A stretch of DNA of 62,377 bases, counting the filler. It is 4 parts of 4 records of this genome, joined end to end, with 100 filler letters (N's around TTAATTAATTAA, not from the genome) between each part and the next. Parts side by side here need not be neighbours in the genome. Positions count along the whole stretch, not along the records: positions 22,584 to 40,317 come from DRR378314_866; positions 40,418 to 50,274 come from DRR378314_871; 2 more parts are not named here. One strand, given 5' to 3'. The notes under the pieces were generated by a model. It made no database searches and was not told the origin of the DNA. It saw nothing but the letters and a program-made list of their open reading frames with translations. Each line of letters opens with the position of its first letter. The first letter of the stretch is position 1. The position numbers and the translations under genes are program-made. Shown in pieces: positions 31,674 through 41,194 of this stretch.

Positions 31674-32515
31674 TCTTTGAGCTCCTTCAGAATATCGCGC
31701 AAACCGCTGTGCCAATCAGGCTGCGGAATGCCAAAAACAGTCTCTAATGTGGTGCAATCGAGCCGGGAATTCAGCGGACGCACCGCCGGTGTCGGGTACT
31801 CGGAGGTGGGAATATCGGTCACGTCACAGGCCAGCCCGGCCTGGTTGAAAATCTCGCGCGCAACGCCGGCCCAACTGACATGGGGAGCGCCCTGAATATG
31901 GTAGACACCGGATTTTGCCGGATCAGCGATCAACTGACGCGCCATTTTCAGGCAGGCGGCTGCAATGTCGCGGGCCGGTGTCGGGGCGCCGATCTGGTCG
32001 CCCACAATGGTCAGCCGGTCGCGCTCTGCTCCCAGCCGCAGCATGGTCTTTACAAAATTATGCCCATGCGCCGAAACCACCCAGGAGGTGCGCAGGATCG
32101 CATAAGCGCCGCCCGCTGCGATCACCGCCTCTTCACCTGCGCGCTTGCTGCGGCCATAGGCATTGGGGGGGGATACCGGATCACCCGTCTCCCACGGCGC
32201 CTCGCCGGTGCCAGCAAAGACATAATCGGTGGAGATCTGAACAAACGGAATCCCCGCCTGCACGCAGGCCGCCGCCATCGCGCCGGGGGCAGCGCCATTG
32301 ACGATCGTGGCGAGGTCTTCTTCCTCTTCCGCTTTGTCGACGGCCGTATAGGCGGCGGCATTGATCACCGCCTGCGGCGCGTGATCGCGGATCGCGGCGG
32401 CACAGGCGCCGGGGTCGGACAGATCCGCCTCTGCACGTCCCAGACAGGTCACGCCCTCATAGGTCGCCAATTCCCGCGCCACTTGCCCGGTTGCGCCAAA
32501 CACAAGGATGCTCAT
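31670..32515 (-). CDS. rmlD: dTDP-4-dehydrorhamnose reductase
   Basis: Start [49 protein letters not shown]. Confidence 0.95.
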   Translation of the reverse strand: MSILVFGATGQVARELATYEGVTCLGRAEADLSDPGACAAAIRDHAPQAVINAAAYTAVDKAEEEEDLATIVNGAAPGAMAAACVQAGIPFVQISTDYVFAGTGEAPWETGDPVSPPNAYGRSKRAGEEAVIAAGGAYAILRTSWVVSAHGHNFVKTMLRLGAERDRLTIVGDQIGAPTPARDIAAACLKMARQLIADPAKSGVYHIQGAPHVSWAGVAREIFNQAGLACDVTDIPTSEYPTPAVRPLNSRLDCTTLETVFGIPQPDWHSGLRDILKELKE

Positions 32516-33039
32516 ATCCGCCCCTTCTTCATCTTTTCCCAAATACCTCCGCCAGAGGCCCTGTTTTTCACGCGCCCTCGCTGCAGCCACAAGGTCAATG
32601 CCAATCCCCAGATTGCCAGCTCAAGCAGGAAGGTCCAGTGCACCAGGAATGACAAAATCCAGTGGTCTTGCGTCGCCGGTACCACCGTCAGGGACAGCAG
32701 CCTGCCGTCCAGTGGCGCGAGCCACATGATGCCGCCCCCGATACTGTCCAGAACCAGATGCGTAAAGATCGCGGCGAAAAACACCAGCACAGCTTTGAGC
32801 CAGCGGCGTGCAAAAAAACCGATCGGCGGCAGAACCATCAAGGCGACCCCAGCCCAGAACGCAGGCACATGCACCCAGTAGCGATGATGGTGAAACGCTT
32901 GGTTATCCATGAGGTAAAACCAGAACATATCGAGATCAGGAAAAACCGCACCGATCAGCGCAGCAGGCAGCAGACCGGGAAAGGTCCGCCGGGGTATCTG
33001 TGCCAGTATATACCCGGAGGGCAGATGCGCTGTTAGCAC
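32512..33039 (-). CDS. Membrane-bound metal-dependent hydrolase (YdjM-like)
   Basis: AHLPSGY, GAVFPDLD, HHHRYWVH and HLVLD motifs in a multi-TM protein. Confidence 0.75.
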   Translation of the reverse strand: MLTAHLPSGYILAQIPRRTFPGLLPAALIGAVFPDLDMFWFYLMDNQAFHHHRYWVHVPAFWAGVALMVLPPIGFFARRWLKAVLVFFAAIFTHLVLDSIGGGIMWLAPLDGRLLSLTVVPATQDHWILSFLVHWTFLLELAIWGLALTLWLQRGRVKNRASGGGIWEKMKKGRI

Positions 33040-33073
33040 GCCAGACCCCCTTGCAGCTTCGTGCCCTGTCTAC

Positions 33074-34126
33074 TCACTTTCCTGTCCCCAGACGCTCGCC
33101 CACGCCCGTGCGGGACTGAAGCGCGCGCCACCAGGCCTCATTGTCGAGATACCATTGCACGGTTTTTGCCAGCCCTTCTTCGACGGTGACCGAAGGGCGC
33201 CAGCCCAGCTCGTCCCGGATCCGGCTGGGGTCGATGGCATAGCGGGCATCATGGCCCGGCCGATCCGTCACAAAGGTGATCTGCTCCTTGTAGGATTTGC
33301 CATCGTCGCGCGGGCGCTTGTCATCGAGGATCGCACAGAGCGTCTCCACCAGCTCCAGGTTGCTGCGCTCGTTCTCGCCGCCGATATTGTAGCTGCGCCC
33401 GTTCTCGCCCTTCTGCAGCACGCAGAGCAGGGCGTCGGCGTGATCCTCCACATAAAGCCAGTCGCGGATGTTCGACCCGTCGCCATAGATCGGCAGAGCC
33501 TGACCGGCGAGCGCATTGAGGATCACCACCGGGATCAGTTTTTCCGGGAAATGATAGGGGCCGTAGTTGTTGGAGCAATTCGTGAGCACCACCGGCAGCC
33601 CGTAGGTCTCATGCCAGGCGCGCACCAGATGATCCGAAGAGGCTTTCGACGCCGAATAGGGCGAGCGCGGATCATAGGCAGTGTCTTCGGTGAACATCAC
33701 AGATTTGTCGGCAGGCAGGGAGCCATAGACCTCATCGGTGGAGATATGGTGAAACCGGAAGCGGGCGGGTTTGCCCACCGCGGCCCAGAACTTGCGCGCC
33801 GCCTCCAGCATATTGAACGTGCCGGTGACATTGGTCTCGATGAAATCGCCCGGCCCGTCGATCGAGCGGTCCACATGGCTTTCGGCGGCCAGGTGCATCA
33901 CCATATCCGGCGCATGATAGGCAAAGACCCGGTCCAGCGCGGCGCGGTCGCGGATGTCGGCCTGCTCAAAGGCATATCGCGGGCTGTCCGCGACGCTGGC
34001 CACATTGTCCAGGCAGGCCGCATAGGTCAGCGCATCGACGTTCACCACCTCATGGCCAGCGGCAATCGCCTGCCGCACCACCGCAGAGCCAATGAACCCC
34101 GCCCCGCCTGTCACCAGTATCTTCAT
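33074..34126 (-). CDS. rmlB: dTDP-glucose 4,6-dehydratase
   Basis: [58 protein letters not shown]. Confidence 0.97.
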   Translation of the reverse strand: MKILVTGGAGFIGSAVVRQAIAAGHEVVNVDALTYAACLDNVASVADSPRYAFEQADIRDRAALDRVFAYHAPDMVMHLAAESHVDRSIDGPGDFIETNVTGTFNMLEAARKFWAAVGKPARFRFHHISTDEVYGSLPADKSVMFTEDTAYDPRSPYSASKASSDHLVRAWHETYGLPVVLTNCSNNYGPYHFPEKLIPVVILNALAGQALPIYGDGSNIRDWLYVEDHADALLCVLQKGENGRSYNIGGENERSNLELVETLCAILDDKRPRDDGKSYKEQITFVTDRPGHDARYAIDPSRIRDELGWRPSVTVEEGLAKTVQWYLDNEAWWRALQSRTGVGERLGTGK

Positions 34127-35307
34127 CGCCTCTGCTCCTTGCCCGACCGTCCGTGATCCGCATCACCACCCGATGCGGTTTCTCTTTCCTGCCCTGTGCC
34201 TGTGCCGACCGCAACCCGCCCGAAGGGTTTGTGCCGCAAGCGCAGGAAAAACCGCTCATAATGGCGAAAACTCAGCTCCGCCAACACAACTGTACCGCCC
34301 CAGTACAGCACCAGGAAACCAACGCTGTCCTGTGCCAGTCCCAACGGGTTTGCCAGACTGCTCACTCCGTGCAGCACCAAGAGATGCAAGAGGTAGATGC
34401 CGTAGCTGACCATGCCCACCCGCACCAGCGGCGTCAGGCGCAACAGCGGGTGCAGCCAGCTGTCCTCGCGCAGCACCAGCGTGGCCAGCCAGCCGGTCAT
34501 CGCCAGATGCACCAGAAGATAAGGCCAGCCCGCCAGCACCTGCGGCAAGAGGCCAAACACCAGCGCCAGCAGCAACCCAAGCAGCAGCAGCGGCATGCAA
34601 GGGTGGCCGAAACACCGCCACATCAGCCCGAACCCGCGCCGGTCATGCAACACCAGCGCCAGCCCCGCCCCCAGCAGAAGCGGCGCATAGGTCACATCCG
34701 GCAGATGCACCCACAGCGGACCCAGATCAAACGCCGTGATCCCGATCCCCTCCAGGGCGCCCGTGACCGCCACCACGTTGAGCCCGATCCCGACAATCAG
34801 CACGCCCCCCCAGACGCGCGGCGGCAAAAGGACCATCAGCAGCGGCCACATCAGGTAGAACTGCTCCTCCATCGCCAGCGACCAGGTGGGATAGAGCGTC
34901 GGAATGTGATCGGTCAGGAAATTGGCGAGGAACAGATAATAGGCCGGCCAAAGAGGGGCCGTCTCCCAATGGCCCTGCCAAAGCACGAAGTACCCCCCGG
35001 CCAGGGTCACCACCAGATAGTAGAGCGGCAAGATCCGCAGGGTCCGCCGCCAGTAAAACCCCCGAAGCGAGATCCGCCCATCGCGCTCCCGTTCGCGCAC
35101 CAGAAGCGTGGTGATCAGAAACCCCGAGATCACGAAGAACAGATCCACCCCCAGAAAGCCCCGCGACCACGGGCCGGTGACGCGCGCCAGCGCACTGTGG
35201 TGGATCAGCACGGCCATGATCGCCAGCGCCCGGAGCCCATCCAGCGCCCCAAAGCGGACCCGCTCCAGATAGGCGCGATGGGCTTGGGACACGGAGAGCG
35301 AGGACAT
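34123..35307 (-). CDS. Membrane O-acyltransferase (acyltransferase-3/OafA family)
   Basis: [52 protein letters not shown]. Confidence 0.9.
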   Translation of the reverse strand: MSSLSVSQAHRAYLERVRFGALDGLRALAIMAVLIHHSALARVTGPWSRGFLGVDLFFVISGFLITTLLVRERERDGRISLRGFYWRRTLRILPLYYLVVTLAGGYFVLWQGHWETAPLWPAYYLFLANFLTDHIPTLYPTWSLAMEEQFYLMWPLLMVLLPPRVWGGVLIVGIGLNVVAVTGALEGIGITAFDLGPLWVHLPDVTYAPLLLGAGLALVLHDRRGFGLMWRCFGHPCMPLLLLGLLLALVFGLLPQVLAGWPYLLVHLAMTGWLATLVLREDSWLHPLLRLTPLVRVGMVSYGIYLLHLLVLHGVSSLANPLGLAQDSVGFLVLYWGGTVVLAELSFRHYERFFLRLRHKPFGRVAVGTGTGQERETASGGDADHGRSGKEQRR

Positions 35308-35315
35308 GGGAGCGA

Positions 35316-35864
35316 TCAGAAGGTGAAGGGGCTGTCAAACTCCGCCAGCGCAGGCGCGGCGGCGTCCTTCTGTGACAACAGGGGCTGTCCGTCAAACCCC
35401 CAGTCGATGCCACAGCTGTCCCAACGCACCGCCCCATCGCAATCGGGTGCATAGTAATCGGTGCATTTGTAGATGATCTCGGTCATCGGCGCCCGGGTGA
35501 TGAACCCGTGCAGGAACCCTTTGGGCACCAGAAGCTGGCGCCCGTTCTCGGCCGTCAGCTCGATGCCGAACCACGCGCCATAGGTGGGAGATCCCTTGCG
35601 GATGTCCACGGCGACATCAAACAGCGCGCCTTGCCCGCAGCGCACCAGCTTGTCCTGTGCCGCAGGCGGGGCCTGAAAGTGCAACCCGCGAATGGTGCCG
35701 ACCTCTGCAGACATCGAATGATTGTCCTGCACGAAATCCAGATCGATGCCGTGCTCTTCCATCCGCTTGCGGTTCCAGCTCTCGGAGAAAAAGCCACGGG
35801 CATCTCCAAATCGCGCGGGGGTCAGGATCTTCACGCCGGGAAGGGTGGTGTCTTCGATCTTCAC
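35316..35864 (-). CDS. rmlC: dTDP-4-dehydrorhamnose 3,5-epimerase
   Basis: DARGFFSE, FVQDNHS, RGLHFQ, DVAVDIR, VPKGFLHGF, YKCTDYY. GTG start at 35864 inferred. Confidence 0.95.
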   Translation of the reverse strand: MKIEDTTLPGVKILTPARFGDARGFFSESWNRKRMEEHGIDLDFVQDNHSMSAEVGTIRGLHFQAPPAAQDKLVRCGQGALFDVAVDIRKGSPTYGAWFGIELTAENGRQLLVPKGFLHGFITRAPMTEIIYKCTDYYAPDCDGAVRWDSCGIDWGFDGQPLLSQKDAAAPALAEFDSPFTF

Positions 35865-36055
35865 AACAATAGCCTCTGTCCTGAACTTCAAGGGTCAAGA
35901 CAGTCTATAGCGGCTTCCCAAGACGTTGGAAACGTGAACCCGCGCGTTTGGTCATTCTCAGCATCTGCTGCCCGCTGTCTCTCCAGGTCAATGCCCTTGC
36001 ACTCTGTCCCATGCCCCGCTGTACGCGCGCTGACCATATGACCCATGCGCGCCCA

Positions 36056-37060
36056 TCAGTGGCGCGCGTTTTTCCTCACCCAGCCCAGAAACGCCGCATC
36101 GGGTTTGCGCAGACGCGGGCCGCCGGATTTGGCCCAGACCGCGCGCCAGTCGGCCTCCAGCCGATGCACATCGACACCGGGGATCAGGCGGCGGGCCTCG
36201 TCGCGGGCGGCCTCCGACACCACCGGCGGCGGGCCCTCGACCACGGCCGCCTTCTGGGCAAAGCGGATGATATCGCCCTCCAGCTCCGTCATCTTGTAAT
36301 CCGGCAGCGGCTGGGCCGCGATCATATCGCGGATCATCTTGCGGAACACCCGGCGCGGACTGGCGGAGCCGGATTTCTTCAGCAGGGTTTCCACCGAGAT
36401 CTGCCAGCTGTCCTGACGGCCACAATGCTTGCGCGCCAGCTCGTAGATCCGCCGCTCCAGGGGTTTGCGCAGGCGGAAATACTCCCGGCTCAGCGTCAGC
36501 ACCGATTTCGACAGCACCGCCCGGTAGAGCCAGTCCGAGAGCGTCACCGCCACCGAGACCATGCGACCACCACGCGCCTTGCGCACGATCTCCCAGCTGT
36601 CGATCAGGCCAAAGCCCGAGGTGACCTCCTGCCCGCCGGTGGTGATATTGGTGGTGATGCGGGTGCCCGCCAGCCGCTCGAAAGCCTCGCGCAGGCGGCG
36701 ATAGGCATCGCCCGAGGTCTCCCGGTTGCAGGCCACCAGGAGATCATGCGCGGTCAGATGCAGGGTGCGGCTCACCTGGCGCCCCGCGTTCAGCGCCGCC
36801 ATCAGCTGGCTGACACAGAAGATCAGGATGTCCTTGTCGTGGATCGTCGCCAGCCCCTTGACCGAGGGGGTCACGGTAATCTCGGCGCCATTGTGTTCGT
36901 AATTCAGGATGCGCCGGTCGGGCCGTGTGCCCAGGCTGAACAGCGGATGCTCCATCGAGGCGAGGTCGTTCTTGGGCATCGCATCAAAGATATCACAGAG
37001 GAAATAGGCCCCCTGCCCCTCCGGCGGATAGCCTCCGGTCTCGCTCACCGCGCTGGTCAT
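36056..37060 (-). CDS. repA: Plasmid replication initiator RepA (RPA family)
   Basis: DLASMEHPLFSL, GLATIHDKDILIF, RLAGTRITTN, LSREYFRLRKPLERRIYELARKHCG. Divergent from parAB. Confidence 0.88.
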   Translation of the reverse strand: MTSAVSETGGYPPEGQGAYFLCDIFDAMPKNDLASMEHPLFSLGTRPDRRILNYEHNGAEITVTPSVKGLATIHDKDILIFCVSQLMAALNAGRQVSRTLHLTAHDLLVACNRETSGDAYRRLREAFERLAGTRITTNITTGGQEVTSGFGLIDSWEIVRKARGGRMVSVAVTLSDWLYRAVLSKSVLTLSREYFRLRKPLERRIYELARKHCGRQDSWQISVETLLKKSGSASPRRVFRKMIRDMIAAQPLPDYKMTELEGDIIRFAQKAAVVEGPPPVVSEAARDEARRLIPGVDVHRLEADWRAVWAKSGGPRLRKPDAAFLGWVRKNARH

Positions 37061-37153
37061 GATATCGGTCTCACTGCTCTGCCTGTTCCACGGTTGCCGG
37101 TCCGCTGTATCCCCGGATTCGGGTTCGTGGTTTTGATTACACCCACCCTATGG

Positions 37154-37162
37154 TTATCCACA
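37154..37162 (+). promoter_or_regulatory. DnaA box in the plasmid origin
   Basis: Perfect TTATCCACA immediately before the iterons. Confidence 0.75.
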
Positions 37163-37173
37163 GCCCCGCACAA

Positions 37174-37233
37174 CGGGGGTTCAGAGTCAGCACGTCGGGG
37201 GTTCGGAGTCACTTTATCGGGGTTTCAGAGTCA
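37174..37233 (+). repeat. Three 16-bp iterons at 22-bp spacing (putative oriV)
   Basis: CGGGGGTTCAGAGTCA (37174), CGGGGGTTCGGAGTCA (37196), CGGGGTTTCAGAGTCA (37218), followed by an AT-rich tract at about 37300-37340. Confidence 0.8.
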
Positions 37234-37553
37234 TGTGATCCGTCAAAATCATGCCATGAGCCAATGAAAAAAGGGCTTTGCAGAACGCCATGTCCTGCCT
37301 TAACTAGAAATAACACATTAATAACAAGCTAGGTTTTTTTCAGGCCTGCCAAATGTGCCCAGAATCCGCCGCCACGGCTCGTCGCAAGACACGGATTTGC
37401 TTAGAAAAATACAGCCGTGTCATCATAATGCTTCCACCTGCCGCCTTTTCTGCTATCTTGAGAAAAAGGCGATACATGAGGCGGCAGTGCCCAAGCTCGG
37501 AAATAGAACCGGGCAGGACAAGCCGCTTCCTTCCAGCATGAGGCAGAGGCAGG

Positions 37554-38963
37554 ATGGCCAAAGATATCCACAGCAAGGCAGGCAGCGCCCTGCCCCCCTA
37601 TTTCAACATTGATCCCGACGCTGCGATGGCAGATCTGGACCAGCCGACCGACACCGCGCGCTTTGCCGAGATCGCCGAAGGCTGCACCCGCGGCCGTGCC
37701 GATCTGGCCAGCCGGGGTCTCAATGAGGAAGGCGCCAAATCGCTGCGCCTGTTCTCCACCTGGGAGATCACCCGCTATCTGATCCCGGTGGCGCAGGCCC
37801 ATTTCCGCCGGGTGCTGAAGGCCAACCCGGAGCTGCCGCAGGGCCGGTCCGAAACCGAAGGTGGCGCCAAGTGGTTCACCCTCGACGAGGTGTTGCGGCT
37901 GCGGGCATTTTTTGCCGCGCAAGGGTCCAAGGCCAAGAACTACCTGCCCTACCGCCCCGAAGGCTTGCCGGCAAAACTCGTCGCCGTGGCCAACTTCAAG
38001 GGCGGCGTCGGTAAGACCTCGACCGCAGCGCATCTGGCGATGTCGGCGGCACTGGACGGCTACAAGGTGTTGGTGGTGGATCTGGACAGCCAGGGCTCCA
38101 TGACTTCGATCTTTGGCGGCAAGGTCGAGGACGAATGGAAGACAGCCTTTCCGCTGCTGGCCCGCCACTACGGCGAACATCTGCGGCTGGAAAACCAGCG
38201 CCGGCTCGATCGCGGCGACGCACCGCAACCCCTCGATGAGAGCCTCACCGCAGCGATGGAGATGACGGCGGCGGATGTGATCCAGCCGACCCATTGGCCC
38301 AACATCGATCTCATCGGCGCCCAGCTGAACCTTTATTGGGCCGAGTTCCAGATCCCGGTCTGGCGCATGGCGGCGCGCTCCTGGAAGCTCTGGGATGCAC
38401 TCACCGACCGGCTGGAGGCCGACGGGGTGCTGGATCAATACGACGTGGTCTTCATCGACACGCCCCCTGCCCTTGGCTACCTGACCATCAACGGGCTCTC
38501 TGCCGCCGACATCCTGCTGGTGCCGATGGGCGCGTCCTTCCTGGAGTTCGACAGTACCGGGCGGTTCTTTGACATGCTGCATTCCACCTTCGCCTCGATC
38601 GAGGAGGGCGAGAACCTTGCCGCCCGCGCCCTGGGCCGGCCCGAGATCGGCTTTGAATGGGATGCGGTGCGCGCCGTGATCACCCGCTATGACGGGGCCC
38701 AGCAGGGCGAGCTGGCGGGGCTGGTGCAGGCCTATATGGGCCCGACCCTGTCGCCGCACCGGCAGGATTACACCGCGCTGATCGGTCAGGCCGGCGAGCA
38801 GGTCAATGGCATCTACGAGGCGGATTACCGCGACTTCAACCGCGAGACCTATGCCCGCGGGCGTGAGACGTTCGACGAGACCTATGCCGCCTTCAAACGG
38901 CTGCTCAACGGCGTCTGGCGGCGCGAGGAACTGGCGTTGCAGGCGGAGCGCGCGGCCTCCTGA
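37554..38963 (+). CDS. parA: Plasmid partition ATPase ParA with N-terminal HTH extension
   Basis: ANFKGGVGKTSTAAHL, VDLDSQGS, FIDTPPALG. Confidence 0.9.
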   Translation: MAKDIHSKAGSALPPYFNIDPDAAMADLDQPTDTARFAEIAEGCTRGRADLASRGLNEEGAKSLRLFSTWEITRYLIPVAQAHFRRVLKANPELPQGRSETEGGAKWFTLDEVLRLRAFFAAQGSKAKNYLPYRPEGLPAKLVAVANFKGGVGKTSTAAHLAMSAALDGYKVLVVDLDSQGSMTSIFGGKVEDEWKTAFPLLARHYGEHLRLENQRRLDRGDAPQPLDESLTAAMEMTAADVIQPTHWPNIDLIGAQLNLYWAEFQIPVWRMAARSWKLWDALTDRLEADGVLDQYDVVFIDTPPALGYLTINGLSAADILLVPMGASFLEFDSTGRFFDMLHSTFASIEEGENLAARALGRPEIGFEWDAVRAVITRYDGAQQGELAGLVQAYMGPTLSPHRQDYTALIGQAGEQVNGIYEADYRDFNRETYARGRETFDETYAAFKRLLNGVWRREELALQAERAAS

Positions 38964-39037
38964 GGCCGGGTTAGGATGCGGCTGCGATACTGGAGGCGCC
39001 TCGCCCCGGTCGCGGCCCATGAGGAAGGACGACGAGA

Positions 39038-40150
39038 ATGGCAAAACGCAAACGGCTGACCCCGGCCCGGCCCACCTATCTGAGCGCCAGTGATACGGGC
39101 CCTGCCCCCGCGCCCGGTCCGCTGTCGGTGGGGGCGGCGCCGATCGCCCAGGTGGCCTCGGACACCTCTGCCGCCGCGGCGCTGGAGGAGCTGTCCGGCG
39201 TGCTGGAAAACGCCCGTGCCAAGGGGTTGATGATCGAGGAGCTGCCGCTGGCGGCGGTGGATGAGACCTATCTGGTGCGCGACCGCATCGTGCAGGACGA
39301 GGAGGACATGCGGGCGCTGATGGACTCGATCCGCGCCCGCGGCCAGCAGACGCCGATCGAAGTGGTCAAACGCGACGGCGCTGCAGGGGGCAAGACCCAT
39401 GGGCTGATCTCCGGCTGGCGTCGTCTGACCGCGTTGCGCAGACTCTATGAGGAGACTTCAGACTCTAAATTCGCCAGCGTGAAGGCGCTGGTGGTGCGCC
39501 CCGACAGCGCCGCCGATGCCTATCTGGCGATGGTCGAGGAAAACGAGATCCGGGTCAATCTCAGCCATTATGAACGCGCGCGCATCGCTATGCGGGCGCT
39601 GGCCGAGGGCATCTATCCTGACCAGCGCAAGGCGCTGCTGGGTTTGTTCCAGAACGTGCCCCGCGCCAAGCGGTCAAAAATCGCCAGCTTTGTCACCCTG
39701 GTCCAAGCGCTGGACGAGGTGCTGCGCTACCCCACCGCCATTCCTGAAAAGCTGGGCCTGGGGCTGGCCCGTAGGATCGAAGAAAACCCACAGCTCGGCG
39801 AGGAGCTGGCCGAAAACCTGCGGACTTCTCACTGCAAAGACGGGGCCGAGGAAATCTACGTTTTGCAAATGCATCTGGAGGCCTGGAATGGGAGTCTACC
39901 GCCCGTATTAGAGCCTGATTTGCCCCCCTCTTCTCTCCCGCCTGCTGCTCCGTCCGCTGCGTTGAGCGCTCCGGTCCCTCCCGCGCCGCCGCACAGCACT
40001 CCTGTTGCCACAGGGCAGCGGGTCAACCTGCAAGCCGCGCCTGGCGTGCGGCTTGCCTTTGCGGAAGAGGCTCAAAAGATCGAGTTGAGCGGTGACGGGG
40101 TGACGCCGGATCTGATGGCGGATTTGAAGGCCTGGCTCGCGACCCGCTGA
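39038..40150 (+). CDS. parB: Plasmid partition protein ParB
   Basis: LMDSIRARGQQTPIEV, LISGWRRL, MVEENEIRVNLSHYERA, and a Pro/Ala-rich linker. Confidence 0.88.
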   Translation: MAKRKRLTPARPTYLSASDTGPAPAPGPLSVGAAPIAQVASDTSAAAALEELSGVLENARAKGLMIEELPLAAVDETYLVRDRIVQDEEDMRALMDSIRARGQQTPIEVVKRDGAAGGKTHGLISGWRRLTALRRLYEETSDSKFASVKALVVRPDSAADAYLAMVEENEIRVNLSHYERARIAMRALAEGIYPDQRKALLGLFQNVPRAKRSKIASFVTLVQALDEVLRYPTAIPEKLGLGLARRIEENPQLGEELAENLRTSHCKDGAEEIYVLQMHLEAWNGSLPPVLEPDLPPSSLPPAAPSAALSAPVPPAPPHSTPVATGQRVNLQAAPGVRLAFAEEAQKIELSGDGVTPDLMADLKAWLATR

Positions 40151-40295
40151 GCCCGCATTTTTCTGAGATTTCGACTTGTCAGGCGCGTCTCTTCGGGGGC
40201 GCGTTTCTGCATTTTGAGGCTCTGACAGGTGATCTGATCTGCTCCTGAAAGAGCCTGTGAGTGGGGTGTAGTGTAGGTCAGTATGGTTGACCTAT

Positions 40296-40313
40296 TGTTT
40301 CGCGCGCGAAACA
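40296..40313. promoter_or_regulatory. parS-like centromere palindrome TGTTTCGCGCGCGAAACA
   Basis: Perfect 18-bp palindrome downstream of parB with the same arms as chromosomal parS (TGTTTCACGTGAAACA). Confidence 0.6.
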
Positions 40314-40317
40314 TTGG

Positions 40318-40417
40318 NNNNNNNNNNNNNNNNNNNNNNNNNNNNNNNNNNNNNNNNNNNNTTAATTAATTAANNNNNNNNNNNNNNNNNNNNNNNNNNN
40401 NNNNNNNNNNNNNNNNN
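40318..40417. other. Artificial contig linker
   Basis: N44-TTAATTAATTAA-N44. Confidence 0.98.
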
Positions 40418-40551
40418 CCGTCGGGGGGCGGTTACATCATCAAAGCCAGCCGCACCGCAAAGTAGAGTCCCTTGCGAACCGTGCTACTGGCTGCTGGCTG
40501 CCGCTATTAACGAAAGATAGAAGAGGCGCAGCGAGGAGAGAAAACAAATTG

Positions 40552-41172
40552 TCACCGGAAAGCGTAGTTTAGATCCCAGCGATCCTTGAGTTTTTGAAAA
40601 CGGTAGGGATGAGCATTTTTCACGTCGATCCGGGGGACGCTCAGGGCGTCGCACAATGCAGTCATCACGGCGAGGTGGCTCACGAACAGGATGTCGTGAC
40701 ACGCCATTTCATGCTGCCACTTGGTTACGACGTGCTCGGCCCTTGCGCAGAGGGTGTCCCAGGGTTCTGCATTGCCCGGCAGATCATCCCGAAATGCTAT
40801 GTCATAGCTGCTTGGGCCTTCTCCGGCGATGTCCACCAGCCGTTTGCCTTCGAAAGCGCCAAAGTTGCGCTCTACGAGGTCAGGGACTTCGATGATCCGC
40901 GCCGACGTGTGTTCGGCTATGATCTGCGCAGTTTGGCGGGCGCGCTTGAGAGGGCTGGTGATGATGACATCCACGCCACCAGACGCCACAGCGCGAGCGG
41001 CGTGGCGGGCCTGGTCGATGCCCGTCTCATTCAGGGGCGGATCGCAACGCCCCTGAAGGCGTTGCTCTAGGTTCCAGTCTGTCTGACCGTGACGCAGGTA
41101 GAGAAACTGCGGATCGCGCGTCTTGGTATCCACGGCGTGCGCAGCAACCGTACTAGAAGGGGCTTTCTTCAT
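40552..41172 (-). CDS. Histidine phosphatase (phosphoglycerate mutase family)
   Basis: Start MKKAPSS after GAGGAG. YLRHGQTDWN, LQGRCD, SPLKRARQTA, ERNFGAFEG, VSH. Confidence 0.88.
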   Translation of the reverse strand: MKKAPSSTVAAHAVDTKTRDPQFLYLRHGQTDWNLEQRLQGRCDPPLNETGIDQARHAARAVASGGVDVIITSPLKRARQTAQIIAEHTSARIIEVPDLVERNFGAFEGKRLVDIAGEGPSSYDIAFRDDLPGNAEPWDTLCARAEHVVTKWQHEMACHDILFVSHLAVMTALCDALSVPRIDVKNAHPYRFQKLKDRWDLNYAFR

Positions 41173-41194
41173 CTCCTCTATCCAATGTGAGGCG

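Noticed and set aside
32524-32559. CTTCTTCATCTTTTCCCAAATACCTCCGCCAGAGGC inside the 3' end of the YdjM-like gene, reminiscent of a Rhodobacteraceae dispersed repeat
   Set aside because: Single copy in this window and the resemblance is from memory only. It needs a BLASTN copy count.
37174-37233. Regularly spaced repeats considered as a mini CRISPR array
   Set aside because: Repeats of 16 bp with 6-bp spacers, no cas genes, and a position beside repA and a DnaA box indicate iterons.
37401-39044. 547-aa minus-strand ORF and other long opposite-strand ORFs (e.g. 29334-30776, 35948-37267, 56122-57609, 57981-59759)
   Set aside because: Shadow ORFs expected opposite real genes in high-GC DNA, with no domain motifs.
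40418-40465. Possible 3' end of a gene at the start of contig 3 (PSGGGYIIKASRTAK*)
   Set aside because: Too short to identify.
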